Positions 21,523 to 29,946 of a DNA stretch of 64,000 bases are shown in pieces. This DNA comes from Alphaproteobacteria bacterium. GTDB lineage: Bacteria > Pseudomonadota > Alphaproteobacteria > Rs-D84. The notes under the pieces were generated by a model. That model did no database searches and was not told where the DNA came from. It saw only the letters and a list, made by a program, of their open reading frames with translations. The number at the start of each line of letters is the position of its first letter. Positions within the stretch are counted from its first letter, which is position 1. Location: the NCBI GenBank assembly GCA_017472065.1, contig JAFURB010000010.1, forward strand, positions 270-64,269, written 5' to 3'. The position numbers were made by a program, and so were the translations under genes.

Positions 21523-23572
21523 CTTGGATTACCCCACGATTAAATATAAACATTAAATCACGCGTCCAATCATCTGCATCATTATCACGCGCCGCATTTG
21601 CCGCCAATTTGAACAGGTCACGATGTTCACGATAATCTACAAAATGATATTGTATCCAACCACTTTGTCGGGTACCCATTAATTCACCAACACCACGCAT
21701 CATTAAATCTTGTTCGGCAATTATAAAACCATCATCTGTTTCACAAAGGACATCTAAACGCTTTATTCCATCATCAGACAGGTTATTCCCAAATACTAAC
21801 ACGCAATACGATTGCGTGTTGCCGCGACCGACACGCCCACGCAACTGATGTAATGCCGCCAAACCAAATCGTTCTGCGTTTTCAATAACGATAATAGATG
21901 CACGTGGGACATCAATGCCAACCTCTATGACCGTGGTTGCAACCAACATCCGCATATTAGAATTATCGTCGGCAAATTCTTCCATGACGGCGTCACGTTG
22001 TTTTTTGTCCATTTGACCATGAACCAGCCCCGCCGTCGGGAAATATTCGCACAGCATTTTATGCCGTTCAACAACCGCCGTCATGTTTGTGTCAACATTT
22101 TCAGATTCTTCGACCAGGGGACACACCCAGAAAACCTTGGCCCCGGTGGAAATTTGTGTTTGCAGGCGCGCAACCAATTCATTTATTCGCATCATTGGCA
22201 GTTTTGTCGTCTTAATTGGTTTGCGACCGGCAGGCTTTTCATTAATAATCGAAACATCCATGTCGCCATAGATTGTCATCGATAAAGTTCGCGGAATCGG
22301 TGTCGCAGACAATGCCAACAGGTCTGGATTATTCCCTTTTTGTCGCAGGGATTCGCGCTGGGCCACGCCAAATCGATGCTGTTCATCAATAATGACCAAT
22401 CCCAAATCCCGATATTCAACATCCGCAGAAAACAGTGCATGCGTTCCAACGACCAGGCGCGTACGCCCAGATTTTAATGATATTAATTTTTCACGGCGTG
22501 CAACACCTTTGTCACGGCCGGTTAAAATATCACACACAATGCCGATTTTATCGCACATAGGTTTTAGTTTTGCATAATGTTGCTGGGCCAATGTGTCGGT
22601 TGGTGCCAGTAATGCACTGCACGCACCTGTTTCAGCCATTTTTATCGCCGCCGCCAGCGCAACAATCGTTTTACCAGATCCAACATCACCCTGGACCAGG
22701 CGCATCATCGGTACCGGCTTTTGCAGGTCACTAAAAATCTCGTCACAGGTGCGTTGTTGTGCGCCCGTCATTTCAAATGGCAGGGTCGCATAAAATTTAT
22801 CCATTAAATCGTATTTTTTCGGGCGTACAACGCGACGATTCCGGATGTCGGCACGGTTGCGGCGACTGATTACAATTGCCGATTGGTGGGCAAATAATTC
22901 ACAATATGCCAACTTGGCCATATATGTGGCATTTGGCATCAAATCATCGGCAGATGTGGGAAAATGAACATGTTGCATCGCATCAAAAAATTCCAGAATG
23001 CGTTCGTCGGTTTCAAACCGCAATTTATCAGGCAATATTTCAAATATTCTGTCGCGAACATTGGCGAAAACTTTCTGGGTTAATCCTTCGCCTGCGGGAT
23101 AGATTGCCTGAATCGATGGAATCTTGGATGCGTTTTGCATTTCTTCGATAAAGTCAGGATGACTTATCGTTGGGCGCGCGCCACGTTCCAGTTTGCCAGA
23201 AATCATACGCCACGCACCAATTGGTAATTTTTTCAACCAATAATCCAGATAGTTTACATTAAAGAACTGAATCACGACCGTGTTGCCCATTTTGTCGTTA
23301 CATAAAATCTGGGTTGGGCGACGACGACCACGGAAAAAGCCACCTGATTTATGACTTTTGATCAATAACGGAATCGTTATAACATCACCAGGGGTCACAT
23401 CCATAACATTATCTGTTATATCGCGCGCACGAACATATGCCGGACGATGTAACAAGAAATCCAGCACACGGCGCCCACCCAACACATCATCAAAGCGTGC
23501 CGCCAAGACCGGCCCCACCCCCTTGATGAATTGCAGGTCTGTATTCAAAAAATCAATCAGTTCATGTTTCAT
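21515..23572 (-). CDS. recG: ATP-dependent DNA helicase RecG
   Basis: Walker A GDVGSGKT, IIDEQHRFG box, N-terminal wedge region, 685 aa. Confidence 0.95.
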   Translation of the reverse strand: MKHELIDFLNTDLQFIKGVGPVLAARFDDVLGGRRVLDFLLHRPAYVRARDITDNVMDVTPGDVITIPLLIKSHKSGGFFRGRRRPTQILCNDKMGNTVVIQFFNVNYLDYWLKKLPIGAWRMISGKLERGARPTISHPDFIEEMQNASKIPSIQAIYPAGEGLTQKVFANVRDRIFEILPDKLRFETDERILEFFDAMQHVHFPTSADDLMPNATYMAKLAYCELFAHQSAIVISRRNRADIRNRRVVRPKKYDLMDKFYATLPFEMTGAQQRTCDEIFSDLQKPVPMMRLVQGDVGSGKTIVALAAAIKMAETGACSALLAPTDTLAQQHYAKLKPMCDKIGIVCDILTGRDKGVARREKLISLKSGRTRLVVGTHALFSADVEYRDLGLVIIDEQHRFGVAQRESLRQKGNNPDLLALSATPIPRTLSMTIYGDMDVSIINEKPAGRKPIKTTKLPMMRINELVARLQTQISTGAKVFWVCPLVEESENVDTNMTAVVERHKMLCEYFPTAGLVHGQMDKKQRDAVMEEFADDNSNMRMLVATTVIEVGIDVPRASIIVIENAERFGLAALHQLRGRVGRGNTQSYCVLVFGNNLSDDGIKRLDVLCETDDGFIIAEQDLMMRGVGELMGTRQSGWIQYHFVDYREHRDLFKLAANAARDNDADDWTRDLMFIFNRGVIQGA

Positions 23573-23670
23573 ATGCTATAAATTTAGTGAATTTGCGTCT
23601 AATATTCAATAATAAACTTTTTGTTCAGCAAAATGTTGAACCGTTTCAAACTTTCATGTATAATGTGTGT

Positions 23671-23885
23671 GTTATGGTGAATTGCCATAATGGGGTGTCA
23701 AGACCCGTACAATACGCGTTCGAAATAACGGTACAACATGCATGTAGCGTGCCGGGTGTGTTTCGAACGAAAAAACTCCTGATATTTATCGTCAGGAGGG
23801 TTGCGAATATATTGAATAAGCACACAATTCGTATTGATTGTCTTGAACCTCCTGACCACCTGTAAAAGCGGTGGTTTTGTTTTTC
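23671..23885 (+). ncRNA. Structured leader/sRNA, copy 2 of the family
   Basis: TTGAAC(23636-41)-17-TATAAT(23659-64), ~215-nt transcript ending in ACCACC-N9-GGTGGT plus U-run, 22 nt before the ATG at 23908. The 3' ~110 nt aligns to copy 1. Confidence 0.5.
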
Positions 23886-23907
23886 ACAAAACAACAGGAG
23901 TTTAAGA

Positions 23908-24312
23908 ATGAAAAAGATATACATATGCGGATTAGTTAGCACAGTATTAACATTTTGCATAAATCCGTCGCATAAAACATATGCGGCAGATTTCACATCA
24001 ATGAAATGCGTCGCACAAATTGCATCTAATAAAACCAATTGGAATGCAAAATGTGGTAAAATATCCGTCAGTGGAAAATCAACATGTGTAAACATGCCTG
24101 GGGACAAGCCGTATGCGACAACAGGAATATTTCAATTAAGCAATAATAATGACAGGCTGGATTGTTGGTGCAAAATGACATCCCCGAACGAGTCTGCGTG
24201 GATATTTTTAGGTGCATATCCAAGCGCATCAGATTGTGATAATAATTGCATGGATAACTGTGCAGTTCACATGCAATTATCCCAAGAATTTCGCAAAGCA
24301 TTTACACAATAA
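23908..24312 (+). CDS. Secreted cysteine-rich hypothetical protein (134 aa)
   Basis: Signal-peptide-like N-terminus MKKIYICGLVSTVLTFCINPSHKTYA, multiple Cys in the mature part, RBS CAGGAG. Confidence 0.55.
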   Translation: MKKIYICGLVSTVLTFCINPSHKTYAADFTSMKCVAQIASNKTNWNAKCGKISVSGKSTCVNMPGDKPYATTGIFQLSNNNDRLDCWCKMTSPNESAWIFLGAYPSASDCDNNCMDNCAVHMQLSQEFRKAFTQ

Positions 24313-24459
24313 ACAACTGCACAGACACTATAATTATACCAGTTTGCAGATTGTGCATAGCCGTTGTACCATTTGACACGGCTCTAATCAAAAACGCATG
24401 TGTGTGCTTGATTTAGGCCCGTTACACAATTAGATGTTAGCGAAAATTGAAACAGCAAG

Positions 24460-24957
24460 TTAATACTTTACTTCATTTAATATTTTCCAAAATTCAGGAA
24501 CGTTCTTTGGTGCCATTCCGTTCAGCAGTTGCACCGATGCGATTGAGCCAAATGGCGCATAAAAACCATCATCAAAATCATAATATTTTCGTATGCAGTT
24601 ATTTATTGCAACATCTAAATCCGCCATTGACATGTGAATCATCAAATCCCATACCCGTTCCAGTATCTCGTCATACTTGTAATCACTGAATCTGTAATTA
24701 TCCCAGAAATAATACAATATTTGTTTTGCCTGTGCACGACTCAAATCTTTGATATTTTCTGGGAAATTAAAACGTGGATGTGCCACCCGATACATATCCA
24801 GTTTTTCTTGATTTACGGCATATGCATTTATAAGTGCGGGGTTAATTTTTGTTTCGCCCCCCGCATATTCTATAACCTCATCAATCCAAGCGTCGATTGG
24901 ATGCCCCCATGAAGGTGAATGCATCAATAAAAACAATAAAATTATTATCTTTTTCAT
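24460..24957 (-). CDS. Secreted GH108-like (N-acetylmuramidase-like) domain protein
   Basis: Signal peptide MKKIIILLFLLMHSPSWG, then IEYAGGE...HPRFNFPENIKDLSRAQAKQILY, paralogous to the C-terminal domain of the upstream gene. The start could instead be ATG 24993, which overlaps the upstream stop by 4 nt. Confidence 0.55.
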   Translation of the reverse strand: MKKIIILLFLLMHSPSWGHPIDAWIDEVIEYAGGETKINPALINAYAVNQEKLDMYRVAHPRFNFPENIKDLSRAQAKQILYYFWDNYRFSDYKYDEILERVWDLMIHMSMADLDVAINNCIRKYYDFDDGFYAPFGSIASVQLLNGMAPKNVPEFWKILNEVKY

Positions 24958-24989
24958 AAGGGCATTATGACAAATCAGATAAGAAAAAA

Positions 24990-25847
24990 TCAATATCTAT
25001 TTGTACGATTTGTCCATCCACGACCATATTTATCCCAATCGGATAAAGTGCGAAGATATTCGATTCTATTTTCTTTTAGGGTATTCATAAAATCATTTAC
25101 TTTATATACTGGTATATCGTTTAGTGCGTTTATCGTATTTTTGCCCATTTTTCCGTCCACTACCAAATTTTCACTCATTGAATCATTCAGTGTTTTTTGA
25201 ACCATCTTGATAACATTTCTAAAATTACTCATAACCCCCATGTCAAATATAGAATTAGATATTCTTGGGATTTTTATTTCGCCTATTTTACGTTCGTCAT
25301 AATAATCTTCTTTATATATTTGTTTTGCGTGCCCGCGTTCTATATCTGCAACTTTTTTCGGAAAATTAAAGTTTGGATGGTCTGCATTGTATTTGTCCAG
25401 TGTCGGTTGGGTTATTCCAAAATTAGTTGGTTGGTCTATCAAATCAGGATTGTCAACATATCCCGCTTCTTCGTCCAATGTCTTTTCCAAAGAATACTCT
25501 TTTATCTGATTTTTTACCAGCTCATCACTATCATCTAATTCTATTTCTTCTATCCAACAACGACAATTTTTATGATGCGGATTTTTTGGAATCTCTTCAA
25601 TGTGTTCATAAATTTTATTTGCAAAACTCAGACATATATCACGTGTTTTATCATCAATCACCGTATGCCACCGCCATGCGGTTCTGATTGTGATATTATG
25701 CCCCGTTGCGTCTGTACGACTGTTGCCATATTTGTTTTCAAAATAATCGTGTACCTGTTTGGCGACAGTAGCGTGGTTGGGATTATTACTGTTTAAATAC
25801 GCGTCGCTGTGCATAAGGGTTAGTATATTATTTGATAATTTATTCAT
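24990..25847 (-). CDS. Phage MuF/SPP1-gp7-like head-morphogenesis domain fused to GH108 muramidase + PG_binding_3-like domain
   Basis: VIDDKTRDICLSFANKIY...PHHKNCRCWIEEI (MuF-type H.NCRC motif), followed by EEAGYVDNP..TNFGITQ..(GH108-like) and GKMGKNTINALN...GRGWTNR (PG-binding-like). Start set to ATG 25847 after AAAGGA. Confidence 0.7.
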   Translation of the reverse strand: MNKLSNNILTLMHSDAYLNSNNPNHATVAKQVHDYFENKYGNSRTDATGHNITIRTAWRWHTVIDDKTRDICLSFANKIYEHIEEIPKNPHHKNCRCWIEEIELDDSDELVKNQIKEYSLEKTLDEEAGYVDNPDLIDQPTNFGITQPTLDKYNADHPNFNFPKKVADIERGHAKQIYKEDYYDERKIGEIKIPRISNSIFDMGVMSNFRNVIKMVQKTLNDSMSENLVVDGKMGKNTINALNDIPVYKVNDFMNTLKENRIEYLRTLSDWDKYGRGWTNRTNRY

Positions 25848-25849
25848 TT

Positions 25850-25958
25850 TTAATCCTTTTGGTATAAAAAACACCCGCGGTGGCGGGGATAAAAAAAGAC
25901 GACAAAATGCCGTCTGTCTGATGTGATGTATTATATCATATATTCCCGTTTTTTTCAA
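25850..25958 (-). promoter_or_regulatory. Sigma70-type promoter followed by two terminator-like hairpins upstream of the MuF-GH108 gene
   Basis: Minus strand: TTGAAA(25958-53)-17-TGATATAAT(-10 at 25935-30), then AGACG-N9-CGTCT+T7 and CCCGC-CACC-GCGGG+TGT6, then AAAGGA RBS and ATG 25847. Confidence 0.45.
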
Positions 25959-25984
25959 TATAAAACGCCCCAGACGGGGTGTTT

Positions 25985-26485
25985 TTATTTTGTTTTTTGT
26001 GCAATTTTTTCAACCGTCAATCTAAAACCATTTAATTCAAACGAGCGACCCGCCATATTTTGTAGGTTTAATCTGATTGTGACATCTTGATAACGCCCCA
26101 ATAAATCATGCAAAAATGTATAATTTTCTATCATAAGATGCAACTTGCTTGATATTTCACGAGAAATATAAAAATCGTGTGCATAATTAATAGAAACAAG
26201 AACCCATGGCGCGACATAACCATCATTAAACGCCACGCGCGCCCAAAGATTATCCCCCTTTTCAGCGACAGGATTTCCAGTTTTATAGAATTCCCCAGTT
26301 GTTTTAGATGTCAAAAAATGCATTTCTTGGATATTTGGATAGTGGTTTTGAAGATTTTGGAAATTTTTGTGTATAGATTCTGGGTAACCTATGGTCGCGC
26401 CACGATATGTTGTTGCCGGCTTGCCGCCGATAAAAATCCCGTTCGTGTTTATTGTAATATATTCTGTTTTTGGCATATCTGGCAT
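25985..26485 (-). CDS. Hypothetical protein (166 aa)
   Basis: The ORF track entry begins inside tRNA-His; start trimmed to ATG 26485 (MPDMPKTEY...). No family recognised. Confidence 0.45.
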   Translation of the reverse strand: MPDMPKTEYITINTNGIFIGGKPATTYRGATIGYPESIHKNFQNLQNHYPNIQEMHFLTSKTTGEFYKTGNPVAEKGDNLWARVAFNDGYVAPWVLVSINYAHDFYISREISSKLHLMIENYTFLHDLLGRYQDVTIRLNLQNMAGRSFELNGFRLTVEKIAQKTK

Positions 26486-26531
26486 TTCTAACCCTTTTGC
26501 ACCAGTATACAAACAGCATAGGCGTTTGCAA

Positions 26532-26561
26532 TAAAAAAAAATCCCGCAAACGCGGGATTTG
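26532..26561. terminator. Intrinsic terminator downstream of tRNA-His
   Basis: AAAAAAAAATCCCGC-AAAC-GCGGGATTTG hairpin. Confidence 0.7.
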
Positions 26562-26565
26562 TTAA

Positions 26566-26643
26566 TGGGGCGGATAACCGGACTCGAACCGGCGACATTT
26601 GGTACCACAAACCAACGCTCTAACCAACTGAGCTATATCCGCC
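26566..26643 (-). tRNA. tRNA-His (anticodon GUG), G-1 and CCA encoded
   Basis: The reverse complement GGCGGATATAGCTCAGTTGGTTAGAGCGTTGGTTTGTGGTACCAAATGTCGCCGGTTCGAGTCCGGTTATCCGCCCCA has anticodon loop TTGTGGT and an extra 5' G pairing with C73. Confidence 0.9.
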
Positions 26644-26657
26644 ATACTGAATCTTTA

Positions 26658-26733
26658 TGGTGGAGCTGATCGGACTCGAACCGACGACCCCTTGCATGCC
26701 ATGCAAGTGCTCTACCAACTGAGCTACAACCCC
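26658..26733 (-). tRNA. tRNA-Ala (anticodon GGC)
   Basis: The reverse complement GGGGTTGTAGCTCAGTTGGTAGAGCACTTGCATGGCATGCAAGGGGTCGTCGGTTCGAGTCCGATCAGCTCCACCA has a G3:U70 pair and anticodon loop ATGGCAT. Confidence 0.9.
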
Positions 26734-26815
26734 ATGCGGAATCATATTCTATATTTCTTCTTGCCAAATGTCAAATCAATTTGCTAATCTTTTTTTGTAT
26801 TTTAAGGAGTTATAT

Positions 26816-27376
26816 ATGGATTATCCAATTTTGAAGTCAGAAGTTGAACAAAAAACAGCACAAACACTGGATGTTTTGCGTAATGAATATGCCGGTTTGC
26901 GTACAGGACGCGCATCGGTTCATTTGCTGGATGCAATCCGTGTGCCGGTTTATGGCGCAGAAATGCCAATCAACCAGGTCGCAACTGTTTCAACACCAGA
27001 CAACCAGACTTTATCTGTGACCGTTTGGGATATTACAAATGCGCCGGCGGTTGAAAAGGCAATTCGTGATTCTGGACTGGGGCTGAACCCGATGACCGCG
27101 GGCGGTGTAATTCGCCTGAACATGCCACCGTTGACCGAAGAACGCCGTCGTGAACTGGTCAAGGTTGCCGGCAAATACGCCGAAGAAGCCAAGATTTCTA
27201 TGCGTAATATTCGCCAAGATGCAATGGGCAAAATCAAACGCGCCGTTACAGATAAAGAAATTTCCGAAGACGACCAACGCAAATTCGAAGACGATATTCA
27301 AAAGGTCTTTGATAAACGCGGGGCCGAAGTTGATGCCATCGCCAAAGAAAAAGAAGCAGATATCATGGCGGTCTAA
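26816..27376 (+). CDS. frr: Ribosome recycling factor
   Basis: Start at ATG 26816 after AAGGAG. ..LRNEYAGLRTGRASVHLLD..VYG....INQVATVS.P.. is a typical Frr sequence. Confidence 0.95.
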   Translation: MDYPILKSEVEQKTAQTLDVLRNEYAGLRTGRASVHLLDAIRVPVYGAEMPINQVATVSTPDNQTLSVTVWDITNAPAVEKAIRDSGLGLNPMTAGGVIRLNMPPLTEERRRELVKVAGKYAEEAKISMRNIRQDAMGKIKRAVTDKEISEDDQRKFEDDIQKVFDKRGAEVDAIAKEKEADIMAV

Positions 27377-27409
27377 TAACATCAACAATAAAAATCGGGA
27401 ATTACAGAT

Positions 27410-28162
27410 ATGTTCAAACTATTCAAATCTAGACGCGTGGCAGACACGACAAAAAAAATCCCCCAGCACATCGCATTTATTTGTGATGGCAATCGTCGCT
27501 GGGCGGAAAACCGCGGCATGGCCCCACTATTGGGACACAAGGCTGGTATTGCAAACTTTGAAAACCTGGTGGATTGGTTCTTGGCACGTGGGGTTTCAAC
27601 GGTAACTTTTTGGGTATTTTCAACAGAAAACTGGAACAGATCCAAAGAAGAAGTCGATTTCTTGATGGACTTGTTTTATACGGAATTGAAAAAAAATCTG
27701 AAAAATGCAATCGACAAAAACCTGCGGTATCGTGTGATTGGTTCGCGTAACCGGTTGCCAGAAAAATTGGCAAAACTGTGTGACGAACTGGAAGAAAAAT
27801 CGGCCGAACATACCGGTGGCACGGTTGTATTTGCATTAAACTATGGCGGCAAAGACGAAATTGTCGATGCGGTAAATGCGGCGATTGAAAATGGCGAAGC
27901 GGTCACCAAGGAAACCTTTGAAACATTTATGGACACAGGCGATTTGTTACCAGTTGATTTGATGGTTCGAACCAGCAATGAATATCGTATTTCAAACTTT
28001 ATGTTATGGAAATTGGCATATGCAGAATTGCTGTTTGTGCCGGAACATTGGCCAGACTTTGTAAAAAGTGAAAAACTGTGGCAATACACACTGGATGAAT
28101 TTGCAAAACGTAACCGTCGTTTTGGTGGTGGCAAAAAAGCAAATTATGCCGGTAAAAAATAA
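27410..28162 (+). CDS. uppS: Undecaprenyl-diphosphate synthase
   Basis: HIAFICDGNRRWA motif, RTSNEYRISNFMLW motif. Confidence 0.94.
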   Translation: MFKLFKSRRVADTTKKIPQHIAFICDGNRRWAENRGMAPLLGHKAGIANFENLVDWFLARGVSTVTFWVFSTENWNRSKEEVDFLMDLFYTELKKNLKNAIDKNLRYRVIGSRNRLPEKLAKLCDELEEKSAEHTGGTVVFALNYGGKDEIVDAVNAAIENGEAVTKETFETFMDTGDLLPVDLMVRTSNEYRISNFMLWKLAYAELLFVPEHWPDFVKSEKLWQYTLDEFAKRNRRFGGGKKANYAGKK

Positions 28163-28183
28163 AATAACCAAAAGGATAAACCA

Positions 28184-28837
28184 ATGTCCAAAAATACAAC
28201 ACTTAGAATCCTGGCGGGGGCAATAATGGCCCTGGTTGCGGGGGGCGCGGCCGTCATGGAATATTTTGGATTCCCGGCTGTGCGAATCTTGGGGATAATT
28301 ATCGTATTGATGATGATTGTAGAAATGATATTGTGTATGAAAAAAACAAGCCAAGATTGTCGCAAGAAAAATGGATTGGTGTTCTGTTTATTCTTGGGAT
28401 GGCTGTTCTTGATGCTGGGGGCAATTAACACAGTTGGCACGCGACCACAAATCGTACTGCAATTATTATTAATAATCTGTGCCGCGGATATCGGCGCATG
28501 GTTATTTGGCCGAATGTTGGGCGGTGATAAAATGTGGGAACGCATTTCAGCACACAAAACATGGTCGGGACAAATCGCAGGTATTATTTGCGGAACACTG
28601 GTGTATATCGCATATGGTCTGTTGCGTGGCATACCGTTTACAGATGCGGTCGGTATGATTTGGGTTGGTATCAGTGTGGCGTTGTTGTCACAATACGGCG
28701 ATTTAACCGCCAGTTGGATTAAACGCAAAATGGGCATCAAGGATTTTGGCAATATATTGCCGGGCCATGGCGGTATGTTGGACAGATTCGACGGATGGAT
28801 TTATGCGTTGCCATTGGTCTGGCTGACAATGATTTGA
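28184..28837 (+). CDS. cdsA: Phosphatidate cytidylyltransferase
   Basis: C-terminal signature SWIKRKMGIKDFGNILPGHGGMLDRFDG, multi-TM. Confidence 0.88.
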   Translation: MSKNTTLRILAGAIMALVAGGAAVMEYFGFPAVRILGIIIVLMMIVEMILCMKKTSQDCRKKNGLVFCLFLGWLFLMLGAINTVGTRPQIVLQLLLIICAADIGAWLFGRMLGGDKMWERISAHKTWSGQIAGIICGTLVYIAYGLLRGIPFTDAVGMIWVGISVALLSQYGDLTASWIKRKMGIKDFGNILPGHGGMLDRFDGWIYALPLVWLTMI

Positions 28838-28875
28838 TATAACGAAAAAATAGTGAAAGGTAAAGGGAAACAGGT

Positions 28876-29946
28876 ATGCAGACTATTTTAACCATTGTTG
28901 CATTGTTGGTTGTTTTAGGTGTCGTGGTGTTTGTTCATGAATTGGGCCACTTTCTGGCCGCGCGTTGGGCGGGGGTGCGTGTCGATGCGTTTTCAATCGG
29001 TTTTGGACCTGCACTAATTAAATGGACTGACAAACGCGGCACAGTGTGGAAAATTGCGTGCCTGCCGTTGGGGGGGTATGTTTCGATTTATGGCCAAGAA
29101 GATATGTTCAACCGCAAAAAGTATGCCGAAATGGATGCGGAACAGAAAAAAGGACACTATCTGTCTGCGCCGGCATGGAAACAGTTTATAATTATCGCCG
29201 CCGGCGTTACGATGAACTTTATCTTGGCATGGTTGATTTACACATCACTGTTTATGTTCCAGCCACGATTGGTGGGCAATTCGCAATTGCCGGTTGTTGG
29301 CCAGGTTATCCAAGAATCCGTCGCATTTAATGCAGGTGTTAAACCAGGCGATACAATTGTAAAAATTGATGATGAAAATATCTCTAACTGGGGGGATTTA
29401 ATCCTGGCCAAGGAATTGGCGGCAAATCGCGATGCAAATGTTATGATTGCGCGTGGCGATAAATTGGTTCAGGTTACACTGCAACCGGCAGAACGATGGG
29501 GTATGGTCGCCGATGGCAGCAAAAAGGCAGACCCGGCCCGCCAAAATATTTTCCGCGCAATGTATTCAGGCGCACGCAAAACATACTATGAATCCAAGAC
29601 ACTGGTTGTTGTGTTAAAACAAATCATAACCGGCGAACGTTCGTCAAAGCAACTGGGGTCATTTATCACAATCGCACAATATTCAGGTGCAGCAATGTTG
29701 GCAGGATTCTTTACACTGCTGTCACTGATTGCGTTGTTATCGGTAAACCTGGGGGTGATTAACCTGTTACCATTGCCGGTATTAGACGGTGGATATTTGC
29801 TAATCCTGGTTATCGAGGCCATCACGCGTCGCAAATTACAGGGGCGTGGCATGGAAATCGCAATAATGATTGGTTGGTTGTTGATATTGGGTTTATTTTT
29901 ATTAACAATGTGGAATGATTTGGCACGGGTATTTGGGTGGTATTGA
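28876..29946 (+). CDS. rseP: RIP zinc metalloprotease RseP (M50)
   Basis: HELGHF motif in the first TM, central PDZ-like region, NLLPLPVLDGG motif. Confidence 0.9.
   Translation: MQTILTIVALLVVLGVVVFVHELGHFLAARWAGVRVDAFSIGFGPALIKWTDKRGTVWKIACLPLGGYVSIYGQEDMFNRKKYAEMDAEQKKGHYLSAPAWKQFIIIAAGVTMNFILAWLIYTSLFMFQPRLVGNSQLPVVGQVIQESVAFNAGVKPGDTIVKIDDENISNWGDLILAKELAANRDANVMIARGDKLVQVTLQPAERWGMVADGSKKADPARQNIFRAMYSGARKTYYESKTLVVVLKQIITGERSSKQLGSFITIAQYSGAAMLAGFFTLLSLIALLSVNLGVINLLPLPVLDGGYLLILVIEAITRRKLQGRGMEIAIMIGWLLILGLFLLTMWNDLARVFGWY

Noticed and set aside
24340-24425. Third copy of the 20.0/23.7-kb RNA family (minus strand contains CTAAATCAAGCACAC, similar to CTAAATAAGCACGC)
   Set aside because: The similarity is limited to about 13 nt. 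The CUCC/GGAGG/CCUCC strands, promoter and terminator are all absent.
26486-26608. N-terminal extension of ORF 25985..26608
   Set aside because: It runs through the tRNA-His gene and its terminator. Trimmed to ATG 26485.
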